DNA of 64,000 bases from a bacterium (lineage in GTDB: Bacteria > Zhuqueibacterota > Zhuqueibacteria > Residuimicrobiales > Krinioviventaceae): assembly GCA_963675755.2 (NCBI GenBank), contig CAXXMD010000003.1, forward strand, positions 2,304,001-2,368,000, given 5' to 3'. The notes beneath the pieces are model-generated. The model did not search any database and was not told where the DNA came from. It saw only the letters and a program-made list of their open reading frames with translations. A program made the position numbers and the translations under genes. Shown here piece after piece: positions 10,056-21,013 of this stretch (positions within the stretch are counted from its first letter, which is position 1; each line of letters starts with the position of its first letter).

Positions 10056-12194
10056 ATGAGATATATCCGGACAGTCGCAGTATATATATTAATTTTTGCA
10101 AGTATGGGGCTTTGTGATATTCAGGGAGTCGTTAAAGATGCTTTAACACGTTTGCCCCTTGAAAATACAAATATAACAATAGAAGGAACCGAGCGGGGTA
10201 CGATTACCGATAAAAATGGTTATTATCATTTAGAGAATGCTCCCACCGGAAAATTGAGCATTAAAGCCAGTTATATGGGCTATGAAAACCTGATTCGAGT
10301 TGTGGATGTTCAATCAAAAGATGTTTTATTAGACTTTGATCTGTCAAAAGATATTTTTTATACACAGCAGGTTGTAGTTACCGCAACGCGTAATTTGACC
10401 TATAATCATGATGTTCCTGTTGTTACAGAGCTAGTGACGCGAGCTGATATTGAAGAGCGGGGTGCAGAAAATGTATCGGAAGCGATTCAAGATCGTGCGG
10501 GACTTTTGATGACCAGCAGTGCATCAACCGGTCAAAATGTGAATATAAATGGAATTGATGCCAAGCACATTCTTGTTTTGGAAGATGGAATTCCGGTAGC
10601 CGGCAAGGTAAATAACCGCATTGATCTCAGTCAATTGGGAACATACAATGTTGACCATATCGAGATTGTCAAGGGGCCCGGATCCGCGCTTTATGGAACC
10701 GAAGCCATGGGTGGAGTAATCAATGTTATTACGAATCCTGTAATGGAGGGGATGAATTTAAATGCTCACGGTAAATATGGTACCGGTGACCTGATGAGTG
10801 GTCATTTTACACTTTCGGGAGGCTCACAAAAAGCCGGCTATGCCTTTGGGGTTGTGCATACCCAGGGTGGTATTGAACAAAATGAAGCCTTTGTTGATAT
10901 TTCAAATATCAATAATGAAGGCTTTAATACCAAATTACGCTGGAGCAGCGAGCAATGGGGTGATTTGGTTCTGAAAGGAGATATGCGGTCCGACGATTTG
11001 GAATACAACTCTACCGACAGTTATGGCCTGGATTATACCTTTAATTCTCAGGCAGACCGAAGAAATATTAGCATGATGTGGAACCATCAGTATGATAACC
11101 TGAGCTGGCGCATCAACGGATTCGGGTCCGATTATATTAAGGAATTAAAAAGCGAAATCATGAACAAAGAGGTATTGCAATATATACCGGTTCCGGTTTC
11201 TGCTGTAACTATAGATACAACAACAGAAATGCTGCTGGGAGCAAAATCAGATTTTACCTATACATTTTCAGAAAGATATTCCATTGACTGGGGGTATGAC
11301 TATATTCAGGATACCTATGAATCTGACCGTATCTATAACGAAATTGAACGCGATCAGCATGGTGTGTTTGCCCAGTTGAATGTTCGTCCTGTTTCGCGTT
11401 TCAAGATTGTTGCCGGTGGACGATATGACAAGGTTACGGATGTGGATGGCTTTTTCAGTCCCCGTATCAGCGGTATGTACAATCTAACCCCGGATCTAAA
11501 ACTTCGTGCATCGTGGGGAAAAGGTTTCCGCTTACCCTCTTTTACGGACTTGTATATTAATTACTTTGTTCCTTTTGGTTCCGGTTTCTTTATTCAGGGG
11601 AATCCTGATCTGAAACCTGAAGAATCAACAGGATTCAATGCCGGCTTTGAATATTTACTGACACAAAAAATGATGCTTACAGTAATGGGATTCAGGAACG
11701 AATTTGAAAATCTCATAAACGATACCATGCTGTCACCGGGTGTAATCAGTTATAGAAATATCGACAAGGCAACCTATTCCGGAGCAGAGTTGCAGGCGCG
11801 TTATTACCTGATGAAGAATTTAACAACTGTCATTGCATACAATTACTCCAATGTAGACCAGGAAGCAGGCAAGTATACTGTAACCAATATTGCACCGCAT
11901 ACGGCATCGTTCAGGGTAGAGTATAGAATGTTTGCAAATAAACTCAGTTTGTCTGTACGAGATCAATTTTGGGGCAAACATGATGTGCAGATATTTGACA
12001 CAGATGCGGGTGAGTATATTGACGCATTACAAAAGCATGATACCTATAATCTGTTAGACTTTTCTGCAAATTATATATTGAACAGAAATATCAGTGTTCG
12101 TGCCGGTGTAACCAATCTTACTGATTATAAAGACAAGATTTATGGTCCGTTTGTTGGACGCCGGGTATTTATTACTTTTGATTATAACATTTAA
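10056..12194 (+). CDS. TonB-dependent receptor (CirA/FepA/BtuB-like) with N-terminal carboxypeptidase-regulatory-like domain
   Basis: VVVTATR TonB-box region, plug IEIVKGPGSALYGTEAMGGVINVIT, GNPDLKPE, C-terminal beta-strand. Confidence 0.9.
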   Translation: MRYIRTVAVYILIFASMGLCDIQGVVKDALTRLPLENTNITIEGTERGTITDKNGYYHLENAPTGKLSIKASYMGYENLIRVVDVQSKDVLLDFDLSKDIFYTQQVVVTATRNLTYNHDVPVVTELVTRADIEERGAENVSEAIQDRAGLLMTSSASTGQNVNINGIDAKHILVLEDGIPVAGKVNNRIDLSQLGTYNVDHIEIVKGPGSALYGTEAMGGVINVITNPVMEGMNLNAHGKYGTGDLMSGHFTLSGGSQKAGYAFGVVHTQGGIEQNEAFVDISNINNEGFNTKLRWSSEQWGDLVLKGDMRSDDLEYNSTDSYGLDYTFNSQADRRNISMMWNHQYDNLSWRINGFGSDYIKELKSEIMNKEVLQYIPVPVSAVTIDTTTEMLLGAKSDFTYTFSERYSIDWGYDYIQDTYESDRIYNEIERDQHGVFAQLNVRPVSRFKIVAGGRYDKVTDVDGFFSPRISGMYNLTPDLKLRASWGKGFRLPSFTDLYINYFVPFGSGFFIQGNPDLKPEESTGFNAGFEYLLTQKMMLTVMGFRNEFENLINDTMLSPGVISYRNIDKATYSGAELQARYYLMKNLTTVIAYNYSNVDQEAGKYTVTNIAPHTASFRVEYRMFANKLSLSVRDQFWGKHDVQIFDTDAGEYIDALQKHDTYNLLDFSANYILNRNISVRAGVTNLTDYKDKIYGPFVGRRVFITFDYNI

Positions 12195-12200
12195 GGGATT

Positions 12201-12644
12201 ATGTCTAAATTTGAAGCAGAGAGGCTGGCCCGGGTTGCGCCCAAAATAATGGGCGCATTTCACCACCTTGGCCGAAAACATTCAGATGGTGAACATTTAA
12301 CCATGCGTCAATACCAGGCCATGATAATCATTAGTGCCAGTGAGCAATTATCAATATCTGATTTTTGCAAGCAACTTGGCCTGGCGGCATCCACCGGAAC
12401 CGAATTGGCAAATAGAATGGTGGAATCCGGGTATTTTGTCAAGTCGCAAAATGGTCCTGATCGCAGGCAGTCATATCTGGAATTGTCGGAGGATGGAACC
12501 AAGGTATTGCGTAAAAGACAAGAAGATATGATTGAATTGTTTGATAAACTTCTTGAACCGTTAGAAGACAAGGAACAAAAACTATTAACAGAATCATTTG
12601 AAACCATCTGGCAAATACTTGGTAAATATTACAACCATTCCTGA
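12201..12644 (+). CDS. MarR family transcriptional regulator
   Basis: 147 aa; LTMRQY, wHTH ASTGTELANRMVESGY, DRR...LSEDG. Confidence 0.88.
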   Translation: MSKFEAERLARVAPKIMGAFHHLGRKHSDGEHLTMRQYQAMIIISASEQLSISDFCKQLGLAASTGTELANRMVESGYFVKSQNGPDRRQSYLELSEDGTKVLRKRQEDMIELFDKLLEPLEDKEQKLLTESFETIWQILGKYYNHS

Positions 12645-12711
12645 GTTTTATGCATAGAATCAGACCATTGCAGGAATATATCTTTCTGGATCTTCTTAAC
12701 ACAACTTTTAA

Positions 12712-12740
12712 TTGCATTTACTCTTTCATGTTGTTACATT
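12712..12740 (+). promoter_or_regulatory. Putative sigma70 promoter of mtaB-miaB-phoH
   Basis: TTGCAT, 17 bp, TACATT with an extended -10 TG. Confidence 0.45.
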
Positions 12741-12766
12741 TACTGTTTATGTAATATTGGTACAGT

Positions 12767-14047
12767 ATGAATAAATCAGTTTCTTTTTTTACAATAGGGT
12801 GCCGGTTAAATCAGGCCGAAACCGCAATTTTACAACAGGCGTTTGAACAGGAAGGATTTACCTATGTAAATTTTGGTCAGACTTCAGATCTGGTTGTTGT
12901 TAACACCTGCACCGTTACCGAGAATGGTGATGCCGAAACACGTAAAGTTGTGAATCGGATTCGAAGGGATAACCCGCAAGCTCAAATAGCACTGGTGGGG
13001 TGCCAGGCGCAGACGCAGAAAGAAAAGCTTTTGGATTTGCCAGGGGTTTCGTGGGTTGTTGGTAATGAGATCAAGATGGATTTACCCCGTTTTCTTTTAG
13101 ACCATTTGAATGAACCGGGAGTATTTACACCCCGTATTCAGCGTAAAAGTTTTACAATCCCCGTTGCCGGCATTGATAGAAAGCACACACGCGCCAACCT
13201 AAAGATACAAGACGGCTGTGATTACTTTTGCAGCTATTGTGAAATTCCTTTTGCCCGTGGATTGGCCCGTAGTCGTGTGTTTGATGATCTTGTGCACGAG
13301 GCGGGTATTCTTGCTCAGGCGGGGCATAAAGAACTTGTGCTAACCGGCATTAATGTAGGCACCTATTCTTATGAAGGTAAAAACATTGCGGATGTTATTG
13401 CCGCTCTTGATAAAGTCCCCGGGCTTGAACGTATACGTATTTCATCTATCGAAGCCACAACTTTGCCAGGGGACTTGATAGAATTTATGGCAAAAGATCG
13501 AAAGCTGTGCAGATTTTTACATATTTCTCTTCAGAGTGGAAGTGACAAAATTCTGGAATTGATGAATCGTAAATATACCTTAAAAGAATATGCTGACTTT
13601 ATTAATCTTGCTTACACTCAGGTGCAGGATATATGTCTGGGAACTGATGTAATCGTTGGGTTTCCCGGCGAAACGGATTCTGATTTTGATGATACTTTTG
13701 AATATATGAAATCCCTGCCTTTGACATATTTTCATGTGTTCAGTTATTCAGACAGAGACCATGCAAGAAGCCGCAAGTTTTCAGGCAAAGTTGATAAAGA
13801 TACCATAAAGAAACGTAATCAGATATTACGTGATTTGTCTAAAGAGAAAAGAAAGAAATACCTGAATAACCAGGTTGGTAAAACCGAGCTTGTTTTGTTT
13901 GAGCATAAAAAAAAGGGCCTTTGGCAGGGACATACCGATACTTTTATTCATGTCAAAGTGGAATCGGATTTGGATTTGTATAACCGGATTGTTCCGGTCG
14001 AGTTGGATAATGTTAATGATCAGTTTATGACAGGTAAAATTTTATGA
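12767..14047 (+). CDS. mtaB: tRNA t6A37 methylthiotransferase MtaB
   Basis: TIGCRLNQAET (MtaB-type UPF0004 start), NTCTVT, TRANLKIQDGCDYFCSYC, HVFSYS. Confidence 0.9.
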   Translation: MNKSVSFFTIGCRLNQAETAILQQAFEQEGFTYVNFGQTSDLVVVNTCTVTENGDAETRKVVNRIRRDNPQAQIALVGCQAQTQKEKLLDLPGVSWVVGNEIKMDLPRFLLDHLNEPGVFTPRIQRKSFTIPVAGIDRKHTRANLKIQDGCDYFCSYCEIPFARGLARSRVFDDLVHEAGILAQAGHKELVLTGINVGTYSYEGKNIADVIAALDKVPGLERIRISSIEATTLPGDLIEFMAKDRKLCRFLHISLQSGSDKILELMNRKYTLKEYADFINLAYTQVQDICLGTDVIVGFPGETDSDFDDTFEYMKSLPLTYFHVFSYSDRDHARSRKFSGKVDKDTIKKRNQILRDLSKEKRKKYLNNQVGKTELVLFEHKKKGLWQGHTDTFIHVKVESDLDLYNRIVPVELDNVNDQFMTGKIL

Positions 14048-15345
14048 CCCGTGTATATATAGAAACCTACGGCTGCCAGATGAACGAATATGATACCGAG
14101 ATTGCTCAGGCCGTATTAAAGGATGATGGTTTTGCTCTGGCCGAAACCCCTCAAGATGCTGAAATTGTGTTGTTGAATACCTGCTCTGTGCGGGAGAACG
14201 CTAACCGTAAAATTTATGGTCGCGTTCATGCCCTGCGGCATATTAAATCCGATCTCAAGATTGGGATTATGGGATGTATGGCAACCAATTTTAAGGAAAA
14301 GCTGCTTGAAAACAACAATCTGGGAATTGATTTTGTTATCGGGCCGGATAGTTATAGAAAAATTGGTCAAATTTTATCCAATTCAAAAGAGAACCCGGAT
14401 GAGGGTTTTGACGTTAAACTCTCAAAGACGGAAACGTATGAAGACATTTATCCGATTCGTCAGAATGGTGTTAACGCATGGATTGCAGTAATGCGTGGAT
14501 GCAATAACTTTTGTTCTTTTTGTGTAGTGCCTTATACGCGTGGTCGGGAGCGAAGCCGTTCTCCTCAGAGTGTAGTTAAAGAAACAGAGCAGCTGGTTAA
14601 GGAAGGTTTTAAGCAGGTAACGCTATTGGGGCAGAACGTGAATTCATATCAATACCAGGATCAGACATTTGCAGATCTTTTGAAAATAGTTAGCCAGGTT
14701 GATGGTATTGAACGAATCCGGTTTACTTCTCCGCATCCCAAAGATTTTCCTCTGGATTTGATCAATGTCATGGCAGAGAATGAAAAGATATGCAAGCATA
14801 TACATTTACCCTTGCAGGCAGGAAACAGCCGCATTCTGGATGTTATGCGTAGAACATATACCAAAGAAGAGTATTTAAAACTTGTTGATGATATCCGCAA
14901 TGTGATTCCAAATGTAGTATTAACAACTGATATCATCATAGGCTTTCCAACAGAAACGGATGATGAATTTCAGGATACCGTGGATGTGATGCAAAAAGTA
15001 GAGTATGATTCTGCTTTTATTTTCAAGTATTCGGAACGAGAGGGCACACTGGCTGCCAAAAAGTTTGATGATGACGTTCCGGAAGAGATTAAAACCGAAC
15101 GGATTATGTTGTTGAATGAAATCCAAAAGGCACATTCATTGAAAAAGAACCTTGCCCATGTAGGCGAAACACAACGGGTATTGATAGAAAGTGAAGAAAC
15201 CAAAAAGTCTGATCAGGATGTGCAGGGCAGGAATGATGGAAACAAGCTGGTGATTATTCCGCAAAATGGATACAAAATCGGTCAGTTTGTTGATGTTAAA
15301 ATAACAGACGCAACAGCGCATGTTTTAAAAGGCAGCGTTGTTTGA
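14044..15345 (+). CDS. miaB: tRNA i6A37 methylthiotransferase MiaB
   Basis: ETYGCQMNEYD, NTCSVRENA, GCNNFCSFCVVPYTRGRERSR, RFTSPHPKD, C-terminal TRAM domain. ATGA overlap with mtaB. Confidence 0.95.
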   Translation: MTRVYIETYGCQMNEYDTEIAQAVLKDDGFALAETPQDAEIVLLNTCSVRENANRKIYGRVHALRHIKSDLKIGIMGCMATNFKEKLLENNNLGIDFVIGPDSYRKIGQILSNSKENPDEGFDVKLSKTETYEDIYPIRQNGVNAWIAVMRGCNNFCSFCVVPYTRGRERSRSPQSVVKETEQLVKEGFKQVTLLGQNVNSYQYQDQTFADLLKIVSQVDGIERIRFTSPHPKDFPLDLINVMAENEKICKHIHLPLQAGNSRILDVMRRTYTKEEYLKLVDDIRNVIPNVVLTTDIIIGFPTETDDEFQDTVDVMQKVEYDSAFIFKYSEREGTLAAKKFDDDVPEEIKTERIMLLNEIQKAHSLKKNLAHVGETQRVLIESEETKKSDQDVQGRNDGNKLVIIPQNGYKIGQFVDVKITDATAHVLKGSVV

Positions 15346-15370
15346 TATAATATTCTAATCAATTGATGGA

Positions 15371-16696
15371 GTGATTCGGGTGAAAAAAATATTTGTACTG
15401 GATACAAATGTAATTTTACATGATGTTTCAAGTATCTTTCATTTTGATGACAATGATGTTGTAATACCTATTACAGTTATTGAAGAAGTTGACGCATTTA
15501 AGCGCGGCTTTGAATTAAAGCATTTTCACGCCAGGGAATTTGTGCGTCAATTGGACAGCTTTCCCCCGGAAAAATTGGTAAATGATGGCGCCAGCCTGGG
15601 AGAAGGAAGAGGCAAAATTTCCATATTAGCTCGTTATCCTGATGATAATGATGTAAAAGAAGCATTTGTTGAAAATAAACCTGATCATCGGATTCTCAGC
15701 GCAGCGATCTATTTACAGAAAATACATAAAAATCGTCCTGTAGTGTTGGTCAGTAAAGATGTGAATTTGAGATTAAAGGCAAAATCTTTGTCTTTGAACT
15801 CACAGGACTATTATTCAGATAAAATTGAAGACGTAGATAAACTCTACCGGGGTAAGCGTATGGTAGAACCTTTTGATTCAGAATTGATTGATCGGTTATA
15901 CGCTGAACCCTATGAAGTATCTGCTGCTGAAGCGGGTCTCGATACTGCATATCCCAATGAATATTTTATTTTACGAAATAATGGTAAATCAGCATTGGCT
16001 TCTTTTAATATGAGCATGGGTATGTTGGAGCATGTTGAAAAGCTTAATGCGTATGGAATTCAACCCCGAAACGCTGAACAAACATTTGCCCTTCACGCAC
16101 TATTGAATGATAACGTGCCCCTGGTTACGCTTACGGGTAAAGCTGGTACAGGCAAGACCCTTCTTGCACTGGCATCTGCGCTTGAGCAGCGTCAAAAATT
16201 TCGTCAGGTATTACTGGCCCGGCCTATTGTCGCATTGTCGAATAAGGACCTTGGGTTTTTACCGGGTGATATTGATTCCAAGATCGATCCATATATGCAG
16301 CCCTTGTATGATAATCTTGGCGTTATTCGTAATCAGTTCAAAGAGACTGATAAAAAATACACCCTGCTTCAGGATATGCAGGAGAATGGAAAGTTGGAAA
16401 TTTCTCCGCTTGCGTATATCCGTGGTAGAAGCTTGAACCATATCTTTTTTATTATTGATGAAGCGCAAAACCTTACCCCGCATGAGGTTAAAACCATTAT
16501 TACCCGTGCAGGAGAAGGTACAAAGATAGTATTTGCCGGAGATATTAACCAGATTGATACACCTTATCTGGACTCTCGTTCTACCGGATTAAGCTATCTT
16601 ATTGATAGAATGAAGAACCAGTCTATTCACGCACATGTGACCCTTGAAAAAGGGGAGCGTTCAGAATTGGCAGAACTCGCCAGCGATCTTTTATAG
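15371..16696 (+). CDS. PhoH family protein with N-terminal PIN domain (PhoH2/YlaK-like)
   Basis: [21 protein letters not shown], Walker [27 protein letters not shown]. Confidence 0.92.
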   Translation: MIRVKKIFVLDTNVILHDVSSIFHFDDNDVVIPITVIEEVDAFKRGFELKHFHAREFVRQLDSFPPEKLVNDGASLGEGRGKISILARYPDDNDVKEAFVENKPDHRILSAAIYLQKIHKNRPVVLVSKDVNLRLKAKSLSLNSQDYYSDKIEDVDKLYRGKRMVEPFDSELIDRLYAEPYEVSAAEAGLDTAYPNEYFILRNNGKSALASFNMSMGMLEHVEKLNAYGIQPRNAEQTFALHALLNDNVPLVTLTGKAGTGKTLLALASALEQRQKFRQVLLARPIVALSNKDLGFLPGDIDSKIDPYMQPLYDNLGVIRNQFKETDKKYTLLQDMQENGKLEISPLAYIRGRSLNHIFFIIDEAQNLTPHEVKTIITRAGEGTKIVFAGDINQIDTPYLDSRSTGLSYLIDRMKNQSIHAHVTLEKGERSELAELASDLL

Positions 16697-16783
16697 TTTG
16701 TTTGTTGTGTAAACATGAAATAAGCTGAAACTTTTTGCTGTTAATTCTATCAAAATAAAAAATATTAACAGTGGAAAGGCGAA

Positions 16784-19060
16784 ATGAAAATTAAGATTCT
16801 GATTTCGGTAATGTTGTTGTTTACATTGTCAGGTTATTCTCAAAACAAGATGACAGGGGAAATAACCGGCAAAGTTATGGATCATACCACAAACACCCCC
16901 CTTATTGCTGCCAACGTCATGGTTGTGGGTACCCAACTTGGTGCAGCGACCAATGCTGATGGAGAATATCGTATTACCAATGTACCCGTGGGTGTGCAAG
17001 CTGTTCGGGTATCTGTAATTGGTTACAAGATTGTAGTAAAGTCTGATATATCCGTCAATTCTGTAAAACCATCTGTAGTAAATTTTGAATTGGCAGAAAC
17101 CGTAATAGAGTTTGATGAACTTATGGTAAGACCTGAATATTTTGAATCTTCTACCGACCGTCCCATAAGTACACAGACACAATCAAATGAAGAAATACGC
17201 CGGCTGCCGGGTGGTTTTGAGGATGTAGTGCGCGCAATATCTATTTTGCCGGGTGTTGGACAGGTTACCGGTGGAAGAAATGATCTGATTGTTCGTGGGG
17301 GAGCACCCTCTGAAAATTTATATGTTGTGGATGGTATAGAAGTGCCGAATATTAATCATTTTGGCACTCAGGGTGCCAGCGGCGGGCCTATCAGTTTTAT
17401 TAACCTTGATTTTGTTTCGGGGACTACATTTTCAAGTGGCGGTTTTGGATCCAGATATGGAGATAAATTGTCTTCTGTTTTAACACTAGATCTGCGGGAT
17501 GGCAGAACCGATCGTTGGGGTGGCAAAGCGACTATTGCCGCTTCTCAATTTGGACTGGATCTTGAGGGTCCCGTGGGAAAGAATGGCTCTACCCTGTTTT
17601 CAGCCAGAAGAAGTTATCTTGATTTTATATTCAAAGCAAACGGTTTTGGATTTGTACCGGAATACTGGGATTTTCTCTCAAAGACCACTTATGATCTGGG
17701 AAAAAGTGATCAGCTGAGAGTTTTGGGGATTGCCGCTCTGGACAAGACCAACTTTTTGAATGATACCGACGAAAATCGTTACGATAACTCTCAAATTTTG
17801 GGCAGCACTCAAAATCAGTTTATGGGAGGCATAACCTGGAAACATGTGTTTAGCGGTGGATTTTCGGAAATGACTTTGGGGCAGTCATTGGTGGATTATG
17901 ATTACTTTCAAAATGATACACTTCAAAATCCTATTTTCCGTAACCTGTCTCTTGAACACGAGACATCACTAACCGAGAATGTGGTTTTTAATCTAACCAA
18001 AAGCACAGAGGTTACGACTGGACTGCAGGGTAAATATGTACGTTTACATTCAGATATTTATTTGCCTTCAATGGTTGATGAATATGGTTTCCCAGTATCG
18101 CTGGAGCTTGATGAAAGAACCAGTGCGTATAAAGGGGCCGGTTGGCTGCAGCTTGCACAAAATTGGGGTCCTCTGGATGTGATTGCAGGTTTGCGATACG
18201 ATTATTTTAATATGATCAATGATAAAAATGCAGTTTCTCCCAGAATCTCGCTTCGATATGCATTTTCTAATCTAACCAGTGTTAAAATGAGTGCGGGCAG
18301 GTATTATCAGGCGCCTTCATATATTTGGTTAATGACCAATTCCGAGAATAAAAAGTTGAAACATATTGCCGCAAATCAATATATTTTTGGTATTGAACAT
18401 CTGTTAAGAGACGATACCATTGTCAGTATTGAAGCATATTACAAGCAATATGATGATTATCCGTCAAGTCTGCCCCGGGAATACCTGGTGCTTGCAAATA
18501 CCGGTGCAGGGTATGGTGGCGCCAGTGAAGGTTACGTCTCTTTTGGCATAGATCCTATGGTAAGCAAAGGTAAGGGCAAGGCCCACGGTGCTGAACTGTT
18601 TGTTCAAAAAAAGTTTTCGAGTTCACCTTTATATGGTACATTCAGTCTCAGTTACAACAATGCCCGTTTTACCGCGCTTGACGGTATTGAACGGGCGGGC
18701 AGTTATGAGCAACGTTGGATTATGAATCTTGGAGGAGGGTATGTTTTTGGTCAGTTCTGGGAGTTGAGTACCCGTATTCGATATGCAACCGGAAGACCGT
18801 ATACGCCATATGAACCGGATTTTTCAAGATCCCCTGAAAAATTCAACACCCTGCGTGTTCAGGATAATTATTTCATTGATCTACGTATTGATAGACGCTG
18901 GTACATGGAAAAGATTTCGTTAATTACTTATATTGATGTACAAAATCTGCTAAACAGAGATGTTTATGATGTTCCAAGCTTTAATTTGTACAAAGGTACA
19001 ATTGAAAATACCGGTGGCGTAGGAATTTTACCCTCAATTGGAATTAGTGCAGAGTTTTAG
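16784..19060 (+). CDS. TonB-dependent receptor
   Basis: Signal peptide, carboxypeptidase-regulatory-like domain, plug LPGV...LIVRGGAPSENLYVVDG, C-terminal Phe. Confidence 0.9.
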   Translation: MKIKILISVMLLFTLSGYSQNKMTGEITGKVMDHTTNTPLIAANVMVVGTQLGAATNADGEYRITNVPVGVQAVRVSVIGYKIVVKSDISVNSVKPSVVNFELAETVIEFDELMVRPEYFESSTDRPISTQTQSNEEIRRLPGGFEDVVRAISILPGVGQVTGGRNDLIVRGGAPSENLYVVDGIEVPNINHFGTQGASGGPISFINLDFVSGTTFSSGGFGSRYGDKLSSVLTLDLRDGRTDRWGGKATIAASQFGLDLEGPVGKNGSTLFSARRSYLDFIFKANGFGFVPEYWDFLSKTTYDLGKSDQLRVLGIAALDKTNFLNDTDENRYDNSQILGSTQNQFMGGITWKHVFSGGFSEMTLGQSLVDYDYFQNDTLQNPIFRNLSLEHETSLTENVVFNLTKSTEVTTGLQGKYVRLHSDIYLPSMVDEYGFPVSLELDERTSAYKGAGWLQLAQNWGPLDVIAGLRYDYFNMINDKNAVSPRISLRYAFSNLTSVKMSAGRYYQAPSYIWLMTNSENKKLKHIAANQYIFGIEHLLRDDTIVSIEAYYKQYDDYPSSLPREYLVLANTGAGYGGASEGYVSFGIDPMVSKGKGKAHGAELFVQKKFSSSPLYGTFSLSYNNARFTALDGIERAGSYEQRWIMNLGGGYVFGQFWELSTRIRYATGRPYTPYEPDFSRSPEKFNTLRVQDNYFIDLRIDRRWYMEKISLITYIDVQNLLNRDVYDVPSFNLYKGTIENTGGVGILPSIGISAEF

Positions 19061-19279
19061 AAAAATTGTTAATAAATTTCTATTAATTATTGATTTGTGA
19101 ATATTAACTTGCTATTTTAATTAATAATAATTAAGTTTTTCCAAAACGAAAGAGTAGTTAATCGTTTTGGGGATACTTATGCCCTGTAGAATAGAATTAA
19201 ATAGCACGCAACAAAAACCAACCATTAATAATACCTGGAATACTACTGGATATTTTAAAATTTTAAAGAAGGGGCTGAA

Positions 19280-20089
19280 ATGAAAAAAGAAGCCATGAAA
19301 TCTTTGAATTTTATACTGATTGTTGTGCTGGTGTTTCAACTGATCATATTACCCATTGCACTGGATGTCGGTCAGGCGCAGCAAAGCAGTAATTCAACAA
19401 TAATTGCCCATCAACCGGTACGACTCGGATACCGCGGGCGCCCCCTGAATGTTGTAACAAATATTAATGATGATGTAGGTGTAAGACGTGTCAGCCTGGT
19501 CATCCATTATGGTGAAAATACCAAAACCGGAAACATGCCGGAACTGAGCCGTGGTGGAAAAACGCCGGTTCAGGTTAGTGTTTTAAAAGATTCAAAAGTT
19601 TATTCCGGTCCCTCTGCACGGACCCGCCTGAAAGGAAAACTGTATCGTGGCGAGCTCGTAAGAGTAACCCGTGTTAAGGAGAATTTTTACCGTATCTTGA
19701 CAGATGGCGGATTGTATGGTTATGTAGAATCGGAAAATCTGCGAGTAATGAAAAGCGGTAAATCCTATGGAGTTTCTATTCCTGCAAGTCTTACCAATTA
19801 TCCATTTATTTCTTATCAAATTGTTGTGACTGATGCCAAGGGTAACATTTCCAAATCCAAGATGCAAAAAGTCAGATTGCTAACCCAGGAAGAAATTGCT
19901 GCATTGCGATCAAAACGGGGTGGTAGTAGTTCTACCAAAACTGCTTCTGCTAAAGGCGGCTCTTCTATGACAAAATATATAGTTCTTGCCGGGCTGGTAG
20001 CCCTGGGCGGCGGAGCTTATTATTATGCAACCCAGCAAGATGATGATGAAGAAACCACAACAGTCAATGTTGAGGTTGGTTGGGAATAA
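19280..20089 (+). CDS. Exported SH3b-domain protein with C-terminal membrane segment
   Basis: Signal peptide; VYSGPS...GELVRV...FYRILTDGGLYGYV (SH3b-like); G/S/K linker, TM YIVLAGLVALGGGAYYYA and an acidic tail. Confidence 0.7.
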   Translation: MKKEAMKSLNFILIVVLVFQLIILPIALDVGQAQQSSNSTIIAHQPVRLGYRGRPLNVVTNINDDVGVRRVSLVIHYGENTKTGNMPELSRGGKTPVQVSVLKDSKVYSGPSARTRLKGKLYRGELVRVTRVKENFYRILTDGGLYGYVESENLRVMKSGKSYGVSIPASLTNYPFISYQIVVTDAKGNISKSKMQKVRLLTQEEIAALRSKRGGSSSTKTASAKGGSSMTKYIVLAGLVALGGGAYYYATQQDDDEETTTVNVEVGWE

Positions 20090-20129
20090 ACAGGGATTTT
20101 GTTCCCGCATTAAAACATAGGAGCCAGAC

Positions 20130-20969
20130 ATGTTGGTAATAAATAAAAAAAGATATTTTTCTCTGTTTACAGGTTTTATACTTGTTTCATTCATTCTGGG
20201 TTGTGGTCTCATGACTCCGAATGAGCCTCAGACGGGAGACCGTGTATCCATTGCCGCTTCTGTGAACATGCCGCACCAGGCACTTGCTACTGCCGATCTT
20301 TCCAGTATCGTTATGGTAGTTACCGGCAATGATATTGAAACCATTCAAACCAACCTGGTATTGGATGGAACCAAGGCCAAAGGCTCGATCGAGGTCCCGG
20401 TGGATAAACAGCTGACATTTACAGTTAGTGCTTATAAAGATACGGTCAAAGTTCTTGAAGGATCTACCGTTACAACTGTGAAAAAAGGCCAGGCAAACTC
20501 TATCCCCATTACTTTGGATTTTTTAATCTCGGCCATAATTCTAACTCCCCCTGATTCTGTGATCTCGGTCGGTGACAGCATTTCTGTGTTTTTACAGGCT
20601 CGTAGTCCTGATTCTTTGAGCGCAATTGGTGCCAGAATTTCTTTTAATCATAACAGCCTGCAAGTTGTTGATCTCAGTGTAGAACAGGATTATCTGGAAT
20701 CGAATGGTGGAAATGTAAATCTGTTAAAGTTTACTCAGGATAATAGCAATGGTACCGTTGACCTGGTTGTTGGAATCTTTCCTGCTTCCAGCTATGTAAA
20801 TAGTGTAGATGGCAAAGTTGGTAAAATTGTATTTCGCGCTATTTCAGCAGATACGGTAGATTTGGGATTATCTGTTAATAATGAAGACGATTCTGATCTG
20901 GGTGTTTTTGATTATAAAGCAGATTTGGTCAATTCCCTGGGTTTGGGAAGTAGAATTATTATACAATAA
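20130..20969 (+). CDS. Lipoprotein with C-terminal cohesin-like domain
   Basis: Lipobox ILGC; C-terminal half VGDSISV...ISFNHNSLQVV...GTVDL...DGKVGKIVFRAI follows the cohesin pattern. Confidence 0.65.
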   Translation: MLVINKKRYFSLFTGFILVSFILGCGLMTPNEPQTGDRVSIAASVNMPHQALATADLSSIVMVVTGNDIETIQTNLVLDGTKAKGSIEVPVDKQLTFTVSAYKDTVKVLEGSTVTTVKKGQANSIPITLDFLISAIILTPPDSVISVGDSISVFLQARSPDSLSAIGARISFNHNSLQVVDLSVEQDYLESNGGNVNLLKFTQDNSNGTVDLVVGIFPASSYVNSVDGKVGKIVFRAISADTVDLGLSVNNEDDSDLGVFDYKADLVNSLGLGSRIIIQ

Positions 20970-21013
20970 AGAGATTTTAACTGGTATCTTACCGGTCAAT
21001 GAAGGAGCCTGTT

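Noticed and set aside
19141-19170. Inverted repeat CCAAAACGA-N12-TCGTTTTGG before the surface-protein operon as a c-di-GMP riboswitch
   Set aside because: It lacks the GEMM consensus elements. It could be an operator or a terminator, but there is no further support.
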